This document shows, piece by piece, positions 15,103 through 27,279 of a stretch of DNA of 64,000 nucleotides. A model generated the notes under the pieces. The model did no database searches. It saw only the letters and a program-made list of their open reading frames with translations, and was not told the origin of the DNA. The stretch lies in the NCBI RefSeq assembly GCF_009914755.1, contig NC_060935.1; one strand, given 5' to 3'. Position 1 is the stretch's first letter. Every line of letters starts with the position of its first letter. The position numbers were made by a program, and so were the translations under genes. This DNA is from the human T2T-CHM13v2.0 reference genome, Homo sapiens.

Positions 15103-16239
15103 CGGCTTCATTCCATGGCGGCTCCCCGCCACGCACCCCAACACAACCCCCACCCCACCCTCACACCCTTCAGATCCCAGGGATGAAGCAAAGGACAGCA
15201 CCATCTCCCTGGGGGTGAAGTGGCTTCTCCAGAACCAAACGGTTTGTCAAGATGTGGTCAGGGCCAGGGACTGAACGTGAAATGGGAACGGAATTCAGCC
15301 TCTTCCTTGCGAGAACCTGGGGGTTCTGAAACGTGGCCTCTAGAATCCCAGTTTCTGTGTGAATTTCTTGTACCATGTGTGTTCCCAGGGGCCTGGGGAA
15401 CCTGTCCCTACTCTCCTTCACCCGCGGCCAAAGTGGGGATAAAATCCTTTCTGAGCCAAAGTCCCGAGCCGCGGGCTACACCCCTCAGAGACTCCTGGGA
15501 CTGCCAGCCCTGCCCAGCCACCCTGGTGGAGTCAGGTCCCTCACAGGCTGGGTGCAGCCCCCCAGGGGTAGGGGACTGGCTTCTGGGTGCAGCTGCATTC
15601 ACTATCATTTCCCAGCCATGTGGCGCATCCTCCCGTTTCAATGTTAAAATAGAAACAAGTTCAAGGAAGATGCATTCACCTGCCTGATCTGCCTGCCAGC
15701 TTCCTGTGAGGTGGCAGCCCCAACGGCTCTGAAAATGATCCTCACCCATCAGGGTCCCGGGCTCAGCTCTGTGCCCTCTGCACCTGGGACACGCCAGCCC
15801 CCAGGTGGCCTGGCCTTCTTTGAGATCTGTCCAGAAACACGTGCCAGGCACAGGTGGCTCAATGAGACTCTGTCCGAGTTCCCCAGCCCTGCATGCATCT
15901 CGCTCCAGACATCCCTGGCCACCTCCATCGCATTGAGTCCAAACCCACATGATACACCCCATTTCTCTCCAGGAGACTGTCTGCAAAGGCTTCCGCGCTC
16001 CCTGACCCTCTAGAGAGGGCAGCCCAGGCCCCAGTGGGCAGCCAGTATAGGACGGGCAGCCCGGGGCAGGGCTGCAGCCTCAGCCCCATCTGGAATGCGA
16101 GGGTGGTGCTCCTCCCACAGACCCTTACATCGCAAACATTTTGAGGACAAATGATTCCAGAATGAAGGCTTCTTGGGGCCGGTTTTCCCTGCACACAGAT
16201 GGCAAGGAGGCCCGTCATTTGCAAGAGCTGGCACTTAAA

Positions 16240-16810
16240 TGAAAAAACACTAAGTATATTTGCTAATAAGGTTCCAGGGTGAGCATGTGTGACAATGACA
16301 AGTGTGAAGGTGCCCTACGGTGAGCCGCGGAGACGTGGGCATCACACCAGAATCTGGGCCCAGGCCTCATGATGCCAGGAGCCGGGTGCCGGGCTCGGCA
16401 ACTACTGCACCGGCTGGCTGCACGGTGACAAAGCCCGCAAGACGGTGGCAAGAGCTCCCTTGCATATCGCATGGTTGGCTGAAAGCCCCGAAATCTGTCC
16501 TGACACCAAAGCAACCATGCATCGCACAAGAGAATCAGCACACATTCCAGGAGGGGCTTGGCAGCAATGCCACGAGTTTCAAAACTGCTAAGAGACCTGG
16601 TAGATGCTCGAGCCTTACAACAACCGAAGCTTCCGAGGAAACCGCGTCTGGCCTGGCAGAAAGCCGGACTCCCATCAACAATGTGCAGGGAAAGGCGCTC
16701 CCCTCTGTCTTCTGTGCACCAACCCCAACCATAAACACTCAGTGGAGGCTGCACCACAGCCCTGAGGGGCGCTGTGCTTGTTTGCAGGTCACAAGTTGGA
16801 CGCCCAAGGC
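16240..16810 (+). mobile_element. Possible decayed Tigger/pogo DNA transposon (transposase N-terminal region)
   Basis: Translation SFKTAK...EASEETAS loosely recalls pogo FKASxGW...GEAAS; weak by-eye similarity. Confidence 0.3.
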
Positions 16811-17648
16811 TCCGAGCAGTACCGTGGCTGAGGCTGCACAGGAAGAGGCCGCCATCACTGCCCCTCGTGTGCGGGGAGCAAGTGCATTCCCAGGGCCCAT
16901 TGCAGGGAAGTCCCCGGAATCTACAAAGCTGCCCCATGGTGTTCTGGTCTGTTTAGGCCCAAACTTATCCACTGTTTCAGCTACCCAAGGGACCAATGGA
17001 AGCACAGCCAGCCGCTGGACCCCTCGTCCTGTCTTTCTGCAGTGGCCACCGTACTCATTCTTATAACCCCCATCAGTGCTGACCCGTCTCCAGGCTATGT
17101 CCCCTGACAATAGAGCCAACTAGCCAGAACGCCCACTGTGCCAGAAGCCGCCCGCCTCTTTGGAGGGAAGTGGTAGTTTACAACAAAAGCAGTAAGCAAA
17201 CCACCTCACGGCCTCCAGCCACGTCCATGCACTGCCACCAGCCTGCCCAGGCCCCAGAGGGTTCTGCTGCCCCCCTCGAATGGAGATCCGGCCCATGGAG
17301 AAAGACAGCGGGGTCACTGGACTCAACTTTCCCATGTAGGGAGGGGGTCTGTGGCCCGACGGAAGGACCTGTGGTGTTCAGACACCCCTCTGGATTCAGT
17401 GAGTAGGGCTGGTGAGTTTCTCCAGCCAAGATGCTGCATATCCCACCATCTGGCCCCATTGTCTGGGGACAGGACACACTCCACTTTATCTCCTGGCCAG
17501 TGAGTTAGGCAGGTGGCATGGCTGAGCCCCATCAGGAGCCTGACCCACCAGCAACCAACTGAACCTCAGCCAGAGGGCCTGATGGTGGGGATGCGGCATG
17601 TGAACTTCAGGGGCACACAAAGCCCAGACGCAGACCCGGGGCATCTCC

Positions 17649-17708
17649 CATCTCCACCCATCTCCACTCATCTCCACCCATCTCCACACATCTCCACACA
17701 TCTCCACC
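17649..17708. repeat. 10-bp minisatellite (CATCTCCACN)x6
   Basis: Direct read: catctccacc/catctccact/catctccacc/catctccaca/catctccaca/catctccacc. Confidence 0.95.
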
Positions 17709-18029
17709 TCCCCACAGAAGGGAGGAGGCCAGGAGGTGGACAATGAAGACAATCGTGTGGAGCAGCTGCTGCGGTGAGGCCAGGCACAGACTCCAGCCTT
17801 GACGCCCAGGCTGCCCCGTCCTCTCCTCTTGCCCCTGAAGTCTACCTGTGCCCACGTGGGGAGGGTGTTTGTGCCTGTGCCTTGTCTGGGGAACACCTGG
17901 ATCATGACCTGTGGCTGCTGGGCTCCACCAGATCATGTGATTTGTCTTGTTCTGGTTTCAGATTCTGAGCCTGGTGAGGTTGGTCCAGGGTCCCACCACC
18001 AGCCAGGGTCAGCTGGGCCCCAGGGAGGC

Positions 18030-18262
18030 TGTGATGGGCTGAACGGAGTCCCTCCAAATTCATATGCTGAAAGCCTAACCCCTGCTCCTCAGAATGTGAC
18101 TGTATTTGGAGATAAGGTCTTTAAAGAGGTGATTAAGTTAAAACGAGGTACTGTGATGGGCCCTCATCCAGCATGACAGTGTCTTTGTAAGACAAGGAGA
18201 GCCAGACACACGAGGCACCAGGGAGGCACCCACAGAGGACGGCCACGTGAAGACAGGCCAGA
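18030..18262 (+). mobile_element. MaLR LTR 5' half (MLT1A/B-like)
   Basis: 'tgtgatgggctgaa...cagaatgtgactgtatttggagataaggtctttaaagaggtgattaagttaaaa'. Confidence 0.85.
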
Positions 18263-18417
18263 GCCGCCGCAGAGGATGATGATCCCGAATCCTGGCATTC
18301 GGTGGCACGCAGGTAGGGCACAGAAGTCCAGCTTGGCTCCTTCGCCATCAGGAGACCTTGGACAGTCACACGACCCAGACCAGGGGCCCGGCAGGGGCAG
18401 GAATTTTGGGATTGTTA

Positions 18418-18582
18418 ATGGCTCCGTCCACAGCACCTAGGACAGACAGTGCCTGCCACACAGCAGGTGCTCATGGCTCCGTCCACAGCACCTAGGACAG
18501 ACAGTGCCTGCCACACAGCAGGTGCTCATGGCTCCGTCCACAGCAGCTAGGACAGACAGTGCCTGCCACACAGCAGGTGCTC
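18418..18582 (+). repeat. 55-bp tandem repeat x3, derived from an L2 3' terminus
   Basis: Units at 18418, 18473 and 18528, identical except one C>G in unit 3; unit contains cagcacctag...cagtgcctgccacacagcaggtgctca. Confidence 0.95.
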
Positions 18583-19396
18583 ACTGGACACAGGAGGTGC
18601 TGAATGAAAGACTGAAAGGGCTTCTCTGCCGCTGCAGCCCACATCTGTATGAATGAAAACCATAAAGGTTGTCCGCAATGGGTTCTCGTGACAACCCATG
18701 AGAAGGGCTCCCTCTGGGGATAGAAACACTGTATGTGTTCGACAAATAAATGCCAGCCCGTTTATCCTGACCTCTGCTCTGTGTCTCTGTGGCCTGAGAT
18801 TCCCCTAGGCTGGGACCACCCACCCTCCACCTTGAGTTCCTGAAGCTTCCCCGGTCTTTTCTGGGTCTCTCAAATCCTCGGTTGTAAACAGGGAGTAGCT
18901 GAAGCGCCCTCATCCCCTGGGGTGATGCGTCAGAGGAACTGGGACTGAAGTCTTCCTGTTCCTCCCCCTCACCCCCTGCCCGGTTGGATAGGCCCCAGCA
19001 AGCAGCATCAGTCAGCCCAAGTTTATTTTTAATCACATGATTACCCGGGGTCTTTTGTCACTTAAGCAGTTTAACTGGGAGTGCAGCACTCCCACAGCAG
19101 AGCAGCCAGAAGAAGCGTCAGCTGGCACAGCCTGGTAGCAGTGGACAGAGGGAGCCAGTCCTTGGAGCCAGCCTCTCCCCAGAGGCAGTTCTGGATGTCC
19201 AAGGCCAGTCTGGTCCTATCCAGCAGATGGGAAAGGGCAGAATCCCTCACTGAGGGAACATCCTGAGTACCTGCAGCCCCTGGCCAGGTGGTGCCCATGT
19301 GTGTTGATCAAGGGGACAAACTATGACTGAGACTGATTTGATGGGCAGCAAGGTGGAGGGGATGAGGTTATTTGTGTTATCTCTTGCTTAACTGTT

Positions 19397-19960
19397 CATC
19401 CATTCAACTTCCGCTCATCCCATCTGTCTATCCATCCATCCAATCATCCATCTCATAAACTGAGCTATTGCTCATTGAGCACCTACCTGATATACCTTCT
19501 CCCACTTTTGAACTCCCTCAAATTCTCAGAGGTGTCGCCTACCCATCCATCCATCCATCCATGCATTCAACCACCCATCTATCCAAACATTCATGCATTT
19601 AACCATGCATCCATCCATCCATCCATCCATCCATCCATCCATCCATCCATCCATCCATTCATCCATCCGTGCATCCAACTATCCATCCATCCATGCATCC
19701 AACTACCCATCTATCTATCCATCCATCCATCCATCCATCCATCCATCCCTCCATCCATCCCACCCATACATTCATTCGCTGTTCACTGAGCACCAACAGG
19801 TATCTTCTTCTACCTTCAGACCCACTTAGCTTCCCAGAGGCATTGCATAGTCACTCATCCATCTGCCCACCCATCCACCCCATGTATCTGTCTGTACCTC
19901 ACTGAGTACCTACCAGGTACCTTCCCCCACTTTCTTGGAGGTACTGCCTACTCATTGTTC
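19397..19960. repeat. (CCAT)n array with interspersed L2-tail-like spacers
   Basis: Long ccat runs at ~19540-19780; spacers cattgagcacctac / cactgagcaccaac / cactgagtacctac. Confidence 0.9.
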
Positions 19961-21611
19961 CCAGCTGCCTGGGTACCCTGTGTGTCCTCCCCAGGCCCCT
20001 GACATGTCCCCTGCCAGGTTTCCAGTCTCCTCTGCACCCTATGCCTCACCATAACTTAAGTGGTTGATGCTTACCTCCTCGGAGAAGGAAGGAAACTAGC
20101 AGAAAACCTACTATGTGTTGAGCACACAGGCTGCCTCTGTTTTTTCATTAAACAGTCATCACACGTCCATAAGGGACCATCCTACTTTTCTAAGAAGTCA
20201 CAACTGGCAAGGAGTAAGGAACAGAAGGCATATTTAACTCTAGATCCAGGATTCCTTCTGCTGCCCCCAGCAGTCCCACAGGAAGTAGCCCCCATGCTGG
20301 TGGACCCTGAGAACTGTTAAGGAAAGAGTCAGTGTCCAGAATTCCAGATTCCCACCTGGTTCCCCTGCTGCCCCAGCTACAGGACTGGTCTCTTCCGAGT
20401 CCCCACCTCCTCATCTGTAAAATGGAGTAATGAAAACCACTCACAAGGCAAAACATTAGATACACTGGCTGTCCACCTAGGAAACTCCAAATTCTGACAA
20501 CTTCCAAACCCTGGAGGCCACTGCCCTGTCCCTGAGCCCACATCCCCTGTGGCCTCATGGGCCAGGGAAGCAGACAGCTTGCAGTCCTCTATGAAGCAAA
20601 GCCCCTTCCTCCTCCTTCTGCTGGCAATCTCCTACTCATCCTTCAAAACCCAGGTGGACTGTTGCGCACTCTGGGAAGTCACAGCTCTCCAGACCCTATT
20701 GTCTCTTGGTTTCTACCGACTGCTCTTGAACCCACAGGGTGAAGAAAAAGGGCCTGTCCCTCAGGCCACTGCACAAAGTAGAAGTTTGGAATGCTTTTTC
20801 AAAAGGTAGGCATATTAGTTCTCTGCCTAGGTCCAGGACAATTCTTGGCAGGTTTCTCTTACTAGTAACTACCCAGGCCAAGCTCTGAGAGGGACGGGGA
20901 ATCCTAAGCAGTCATCACATATTTAACTCCAGATCCACAGTCCCAGTCCAGTTCACGCCACCCCCCACCCGGCTCTGCCATCCCATAATCCAGCACTTCC
21001 CCGCATGACAGAGAGGCAGGCCCAGGACGCGGAATGAATGTCAGCACTAATCTGTTTAGGCTCAAAAGGAGGCGGATTCAGAGCTCTCCATGCACAGCCA
21101 CCCCACTGGGCAGCGTGGCTGACTGGCTGCCGGAGATAAGAGGCAAGGGGGCGGCCTGGAGCGCAGGCATGGCCACTCCCTGCTGGGGGCGGGGGCTGGA
21201 GTCTCCCTGCACAGGTGTGACCAGCACTGATAAAGGAAATGGAAAGAAAGTTTGCCTTGGGCTGGAAGTAGAAAATTCACACCTCTGACGCCTTGCACAT
21301 ATTTGATGAGCCGGCTCCTGGCCTGGCGTCCTTGGATGTCTGGCATCTGGAATTCTGCAGAAGCTTCGTGCATATTTTGCTGAACACACCATGTGGCTGC
21401 AGTGCTGGTGGGACCTGAGAGGGGATCAGAACCTGGGAGATGGGAGGTGCCTGAGGACCAGCGTGCATCTGCCGGTGCTGAGCGGTGGGGACACAAAGGC
21501 ACAGGGCGGGGGCTGGAGGGGAAACCTGCAGAATGATCGATAACAGCACAGCCAGGAACGCAGGAGCTGCAGGAGCTAGAGCTGCCAGATGCCAGGGGCA
21601 GCGCTCGAGCT

Positions 21612-21918
21612 GCACGTCTGCGTGCCCCCCCCAGTTCATATATTGGGGCCGAAATCCCCGGTGTGAGGGTGTCTGGAGGTGGGGGCTTTGGGAGGTGATT
21701 AGGGTTGGAGGAGGTCATGAGGGTGGGCTCTGGTGATTAGTGTCTTTGCGAGAATAGACGCCAGTACCCCTCGCCCCCCAATGCGAGCACATGGCACAAA
21801 GGCTGCTGTCTGCAGACCATAAAGGACTTTCCAGCCTCCAGAGGGCTGAGAAACACTTCTGTTGTTTGAGCCACACAGTCTAGAGGATTTTTGTTACAGC
21901 AGCCTGAGCTGACTCAGG
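21612..21918 (+). mobile_element. MaLR LTR (MLT1A/MST-like)
   Basis: 'ggaggtgggggctttgggaggtgattaggg...ttccagcctccaga...ttttgttacagcagcctgagctgact'. Confidence 0.8.
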
Positions 21919-23449
21919 AGGAGACGTGATTCCTACTGGGACTTTATTCATCAACATTTACTGCACACACACTGGATGCTTTGGGATAAGCACACAGCTA
22001 CAGAAAAGCTTCTCTATAGAGCGACGACAGCAGTTACCCTACACAGAGGGGCCGGGAGAGCCCCCACGGGAAGTTGCTCCATGTCCCCCTCACCTTCTCC
22101 TCCCTCCTCCAGGCGGGATCCTCAGATCCTGGTGAACTCTGCCCAGCTCCTACATTCCCTGTCCACCAATTCCTGTGGATTCAGGCTCCAAAACGTCTTT
22201 CTTTCTCAGGTCTCCTTCCCTCCTTTCCTACCCGGCTGCTGCGACACCCCCACATGGCTCTTTGTGGCTCTGTGAGGCCCTGCCAAACCCTCAGGGTCCT
22301 CTTCCTAAGACCCCGTCCACTGCACCTCCTTCTGCCTGCAGAGACTCAGCTGCTCCCGGGCCCAAGCCCTCAGCCCCACACCTGGCCTCAGCCTTCCCTC
22401 CGGATCTAACTCCAGCTGGGCATCCCGGGCCACACTTCACGCAGCAGCCACCCTGAGCTGCCACCAATGTGTGGCTGCAGGCCCCTGCCTCCTACCCAAG
22501 GGGAGGAAAGTGGAAGAACCAGGAACACACAGGGCCCCAGAGCCACATTCACGCACCTGGCAAGTCGCCACCCCCATGGCCGAGGCTTTAGCCCAAGGCA
22601 CAGGGTGGGTCTCTGGCCTCCCCCAGGAAGCTCCTGCCCTTGTGGGCTCGGGCGATCAGATCCCAGGGAGGTCTTTCCATGACTGCAGTAGAGGCTGGTC
22701 ACACCCTGCAGCAAGCATCACTGAGACCCATGTGGGGAACCCTGCCGGGCCCTCCTTCCTCACCTCTAAGCACCCTCTCTGCGCTCTGCAATGTGAGCCT
22801 GCAGTGGGGCCTGGCAGGCTATGCCCCCGGCCCCCTGGGGGGTTCCTGCTAGGATCTGCCTACGGGAGGAATGAATGAGCCCAGAAGGTTGGAAGAGGGC
22901 AGGCAGCTTCCTCCCTCCTCCTTGCTCCTTTCCAAGTCCCTCTAGGGCAGCCCACAGCAGCTCCAGTGGTCCTGGCATCTCTCTGTGCTTCCACTGCCCA
23001 CCTGGCTGTGCCCCTGCAGCGGTGACCGTGGTGGTGGAATTGTGATGGCTGGGGACCGAAGTGCCAGCGTTTCTCCAAGCACTAGGACATCGCACAGCCA
23101 GACGAAGTTTCTTGGGGCCAATAGCCCTGGGCTGTGGGAGCCCTGGCTGGGCCACACCCCACCTCAGGCATCTGAGGGGCCCCTTGGCTGCACCCCTGCA
23201 AGGTCTCAGCTTGGTCAAGCACACAGGCCACCTCTTGAGCGATAAGCACTGTCTTGCTCCCCACCAAGGCTTGAGTCCAGGTAGCCACTTCCCCCAGCCC
23301 AGGCAGTGGCAGCTGCACCCTGCAGCTCTGAAGTGAGAGTGAAGGCACAAGAGGACAGACACCACGGGGGACACCGGCGCCCTGACCCAGCATCTGCGGC
23401 AGCACCAGGAAGCCAAGCAAACCTCTCAGCAAAAAGCCGCCCCAAGCGG

Positions 23450-23727
23450 CCAGGACCTCCTCATCAAGGATTGTCATTTTCACCCCAATTTCTACCCGAC
23501 CTCCAACTCAGGGTCAACCAGAGAAAGCCAAATCTGCTACCCCAACCAATGACTTAGAAGGCCCCAGTGCTAGTGAGCCCCGCCTTTCTCTGCTACAAAG
23601 CGTTTCCCTCACTGCCTGCCTTTGAGCCTCTGCCTCATGTAAGTAGCAGGGCCTGGCTGTTGCCACAGCAAGCTCGTGATACCCAGCCTCTGCTTACTCT
23701 CGGTTGAGTGGTCTCCACGTATTTCCA
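23450..23727 (+). mobile_element. ERVL LTR fragment (MER54/MER74 group-like)
   Basis: 'aaccagagaaagccaaat...gcctgcctttgagcctctgcc...agcaagctc...ggtctccacgtatttcca'. Confidence 0.5.
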
Positions 23728-24610
23728 TGCCAGCCCTGGGTGCCCACATCTCTCATCTATCACCCTCCTTGGGTTGAAACACCCGTGTCTCAGCCCTGGG
23801 GCTCACAGTCCCTCAAAACAAACCTCCGGGCCTCCGTCCCCTCCTCCTGCTGCCTTGAAAACACAGTCTTGGCTGTGTCCCTTGGCTCTGTCCCGCCCCT
23901 ATGAGTGGTCCTGCCACTGTGGTGACTACCCTTGGAGTGTCCTGCCCTGCGCTGGCCTGGCCTGAGGTAAGCCTGGAACTCAGAGAGCCCCAATCCTCTC
24001 CGGGGAACGTGGGTCTCGTGTAGAGTAAGCTTGGATGGGTAGAGCTGCTTGGAGCTGGCCTGGCCCCCACCTGGCCCAGGGTCTGCCTCCTACTTCTGTG
24101 AGCCGTCCCACTCCCTGCCTCACCTGAGCTGTCCCTAGGTCACCCGCCGCCTTGGAAGTTGCAGAGCCTTGGTGGGAAACGCATTGCTGAGGATGCAAAT
24201 GCAACTGAGGCTCAAAAGGTGGCCTCATGCCCTGATCCGCCACACCTGAGACCTCGAGCGAGCGTTATTCCTTCATCCGTGTCCTTCACGGTTGTCAAAA
24301 AAGGCCTCGGATGTGAAACCATTTGGGCGCATTTACGGAAAAGAAGGCAGCTGAGCACATGCATGCTGCACCCTCCTCTCCAGCCTCCAGCCAACCCAGG
24401 GCCTGGGGGCTTTCATGGGAGTTACTGAAGGGAAAATCACACAGGTGCTGACCCGAGACAGGGCTGAGGACCTGCTGGGTCAGAATCTCACACCCACGCT
24501 TCAAAGGTGACTCTGACACGGTCCAGGAGGCTGTGAACTCACCCAGCAGATCTGGGGGCAGAGCCCAGGGCTGGGTAGCGTGCCCAGCCACACTTGTAGC
24601 ACAGAAGCAG

Positions 24611-25003
24611 CCTCTCCCACCACACTCTCCCGCCTCTCCAGGACAGGGAAGGCTGGGCCTCCCTTCAGGGTGGGGGATGCGGGCTGCCCCATGCTCACAG
24701 CCCCCATCTCCTCTCCCACCACACTCTCCCGCCTCTCCAGGACAGGGAAGGCTTGGCCTCCCTTCAGGGTGGGGGATGCAGGGTGCCCCATGCTCACAGC
24801 CCCCATCTCCTCTCCCACCACACTCTCCCGCCTCTCCAGGACAGGGAAGGCTGGACCTTCCTTCAGGGCGGGGGATGCGGGGTGCCCCGTGCTCACAGCA
24901 CGCATCTCCTCTCCCACCACTCTCCCGCTTCTCCAGGACGGGAAGGCTGGGCCTCCCTCCAGGGTGGGGGATGCAGGGTGCCCCGTGCTCACAGCCCCCA
25001 TCT
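24611..25003. repeat. 99-bp GC-rich VNTR, 4 copies
   Basis: Units start at 24611, 24710, 24809 and 24908; the last unit is 96 bp. Confidence 0.97.
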
Positions 25004-25293
25004 CCCCGCTGCTTTCAGGGTCACCCCTAGGAGGGGCCGATGGGAGCCTCTGGGTCTGGTCCCTGCCCTCCATCTTGTTGCTCCCCTTTGGTCATCAGCA
25101 CTTGCAGGTGGCCTTGGGTGACTCTTCTGTGTCCCCAGGCATGTCACACGACCTCCCACCTCAGCTCCTCTATGCCCCGCTGCCCCCACACTGGGGGGAG
25201 GGCTCTGCCCTACCCTTTCCATCCCAGCCTCAGGTCTGGGCTCTCCAGATCTCTCTGCCACAGCCCCTGGGGATGAGGGTGGCTTGTCTGCTT

Positions 25294-25435
25294 CCCTCCA
25301 CCGCTGTACTCCCCTTTACCCCTCCACCCCCCTCCCTCCACCCCAGCACTCCCCTCCCTCCATCCCTGCACCCCCCTACCCCTGTACTCCCCTCCCTCCA
25401 CCCCTGCACTCCCCTCCCTCCACCCCTGCACTCCC
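25294..25435. repeat. C-rich degenerate ~21-bp repeat (ctcccctccctccacccctgca)
   Basis: Direct read; the G-rich minus strand carries many GGG tracts. Confidence 0.85.
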
Positions 25436-26052
25436 TGCTCAGTCTCTTCCCCTGGCTCATCCATGGTCCCCACGAGTGACTGGGGACTGGGCTGCATGGG
25501 GACAAGCCCGAGGTGGTAAGACTCCGCTTGGGTTCACAGAAGTAGGAGACTGAAGGGCTGGGTGGGGTACACCACCCTGAAGTGGAAACCGGTGGCAGAG
25601 TTTGCAGCAAGTGCACAGGGAGGTGGCAGGCGGGGAGGTGGGGCTCGGTGCCATGCTTAGGATTGCCCTGCTCTCCAGAACTAGCCCTGGGCAGCAGGGA
25701 TGGGAGGGACCCGGGCAGTTACCAGCTGGCTACCCGGAGAACACAGTCCTGTTTTCTGCTGGTGGAAAAGTCTTTTCATGGCCTGACATTCTCAGGCTCC
25801 TAATCACCCCAGGCCAGGAGCCATGGGGGCCGGGTTTCCTTGTCACATCCTGGAAGGACAGCTGAGTAACTGAAGATTGGCTTACAGACTAGTGTTGGGA
25901 TTTGGAAGCCTGTTTCCAGGGCAGCCTTTAGACCTGGCACTGCTGGTGGCCACCAGGCTTGCGTTGGAGATAGCACTGTTTGGGTGGGGCTGACCTGGCC
26001 CTCCCTCCATATCCCCAGGCCCCAATTCCATGCTGAATAGCAGAGACAACAG

Positions 26053-26322
26053 CATGTGTGTGCACATGAGTATGTATGTGTGTGTGCATGCTTGCTGCAC
26101 ATATGTATAGTGTGCATATGTGTGAACAGGCACGTGTGTGCATGTATGCCACATGGTACATGTATGTGCAGTGTGCATGTTTGTGAGTGTCCACGTGTGC
26201 ATGCATGCTGCACGGTGCATGTATGTGCAGTGTTTGTGTGTGCATACATGCACACATGATGTACATATAGCACACACATGAGCATACGTGTATGTGCACA
26301 TATGTGAATGTGTGTGTATACA
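26053..26322. repeat. Degenerate alternating purine-pyrimidine (TG/CA/TA) tract
   Basis: catgtgtgtgcacatgagtatgtatgtgtgtg... Confidence 0.9.
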
Positions 26323-27279
26323 TGGACAATAATAAATATTAGACGAAAAAAGAGGAGAGGGAAGGAGGCAGGAGACTGCACTGCTATATGGAACAGTGGA
26401 GCTGAAACGGGGGTTATCTTGTCCACTCTGTACACCTCCTAGTCAGGAAAACTAAAGAAGTCACATGACTTGTCTGAGATCACACAGCAGAGAAGGACCC
26501 TGGGTCTTGACTCCCAGTTCATTTCTCAGCCCACTGCACCACAATGCCTGGAGGCTCTTCCTGTTCCCAGGAATTCTGAGCTGCTCCCAGGATACCCACC
26601 ACAGACAAACCCTGAACTGAGGAGGCCTCGCCCAGACATAAATCACCAAGAGACACGCTGTTCTGAAAGCCACCAGTGCCGCAGGTCCCCCATGGATGGA
26701 ATCCCTGGGGCAAAAGGTCCTTTTGGCAAGAGTGAGGAAGTCAAGGGTGAACATCCACTAACCAGAAAAAGGGACCGTCCCCTGCCCACCCCCACAACCA
26801 TGGTGGGTGCCTGGCTAATGCCTGGTGCTCCCTGGAGGGACTGCTGGCAGGAGGGCAGGAAAAGACACTCCCTAGAATCAGGGAGGGCCAGTGCCCAAAG
26901 GGGGCCCCATCAGCACCTAACCCATCAGCTCCTAATGACCTCAGATCCAACAGTCCACCTTTAAAATAAATATTTTCTAATGCCACCCCGATATTGCCAG
27001 GAAATAAAATTCACAGATACTAGAAACTTTCAGTATACCCACCCCCAATATAATTCCTTCTAACTGTTAAGGTGCAGACAAACTAGAAGAAGGACATTGT
27101 TTACAACACAACCGTCTGCATCTCCATGTGAAATGCTCATACCTACACAGATGGAGTGACCGTGAATGTGAAGACCACTAGTGCCGAATAAGCTGGCGAC
27201 CCCCTCCCACCAGCCCTGCTGCTTAACAGTGAAGTGGAGAAAAGCTCTTGGAAAAGTTCCAGATTAAAAGCCAGCACTG

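Noticed and set aside
18418-18582. Regular direct repeats as a possible CRISPR-like array
   Set aside because: Units are contiguous with no unique spacers, there are no cas genes, and the DNA is primate; likewise for the 99-bp repeat.
25800-26435. His/Thr/Cys-rich 211-aa ORF
   Set aside because: Translation of the (CA/TG) low-complexity tract.
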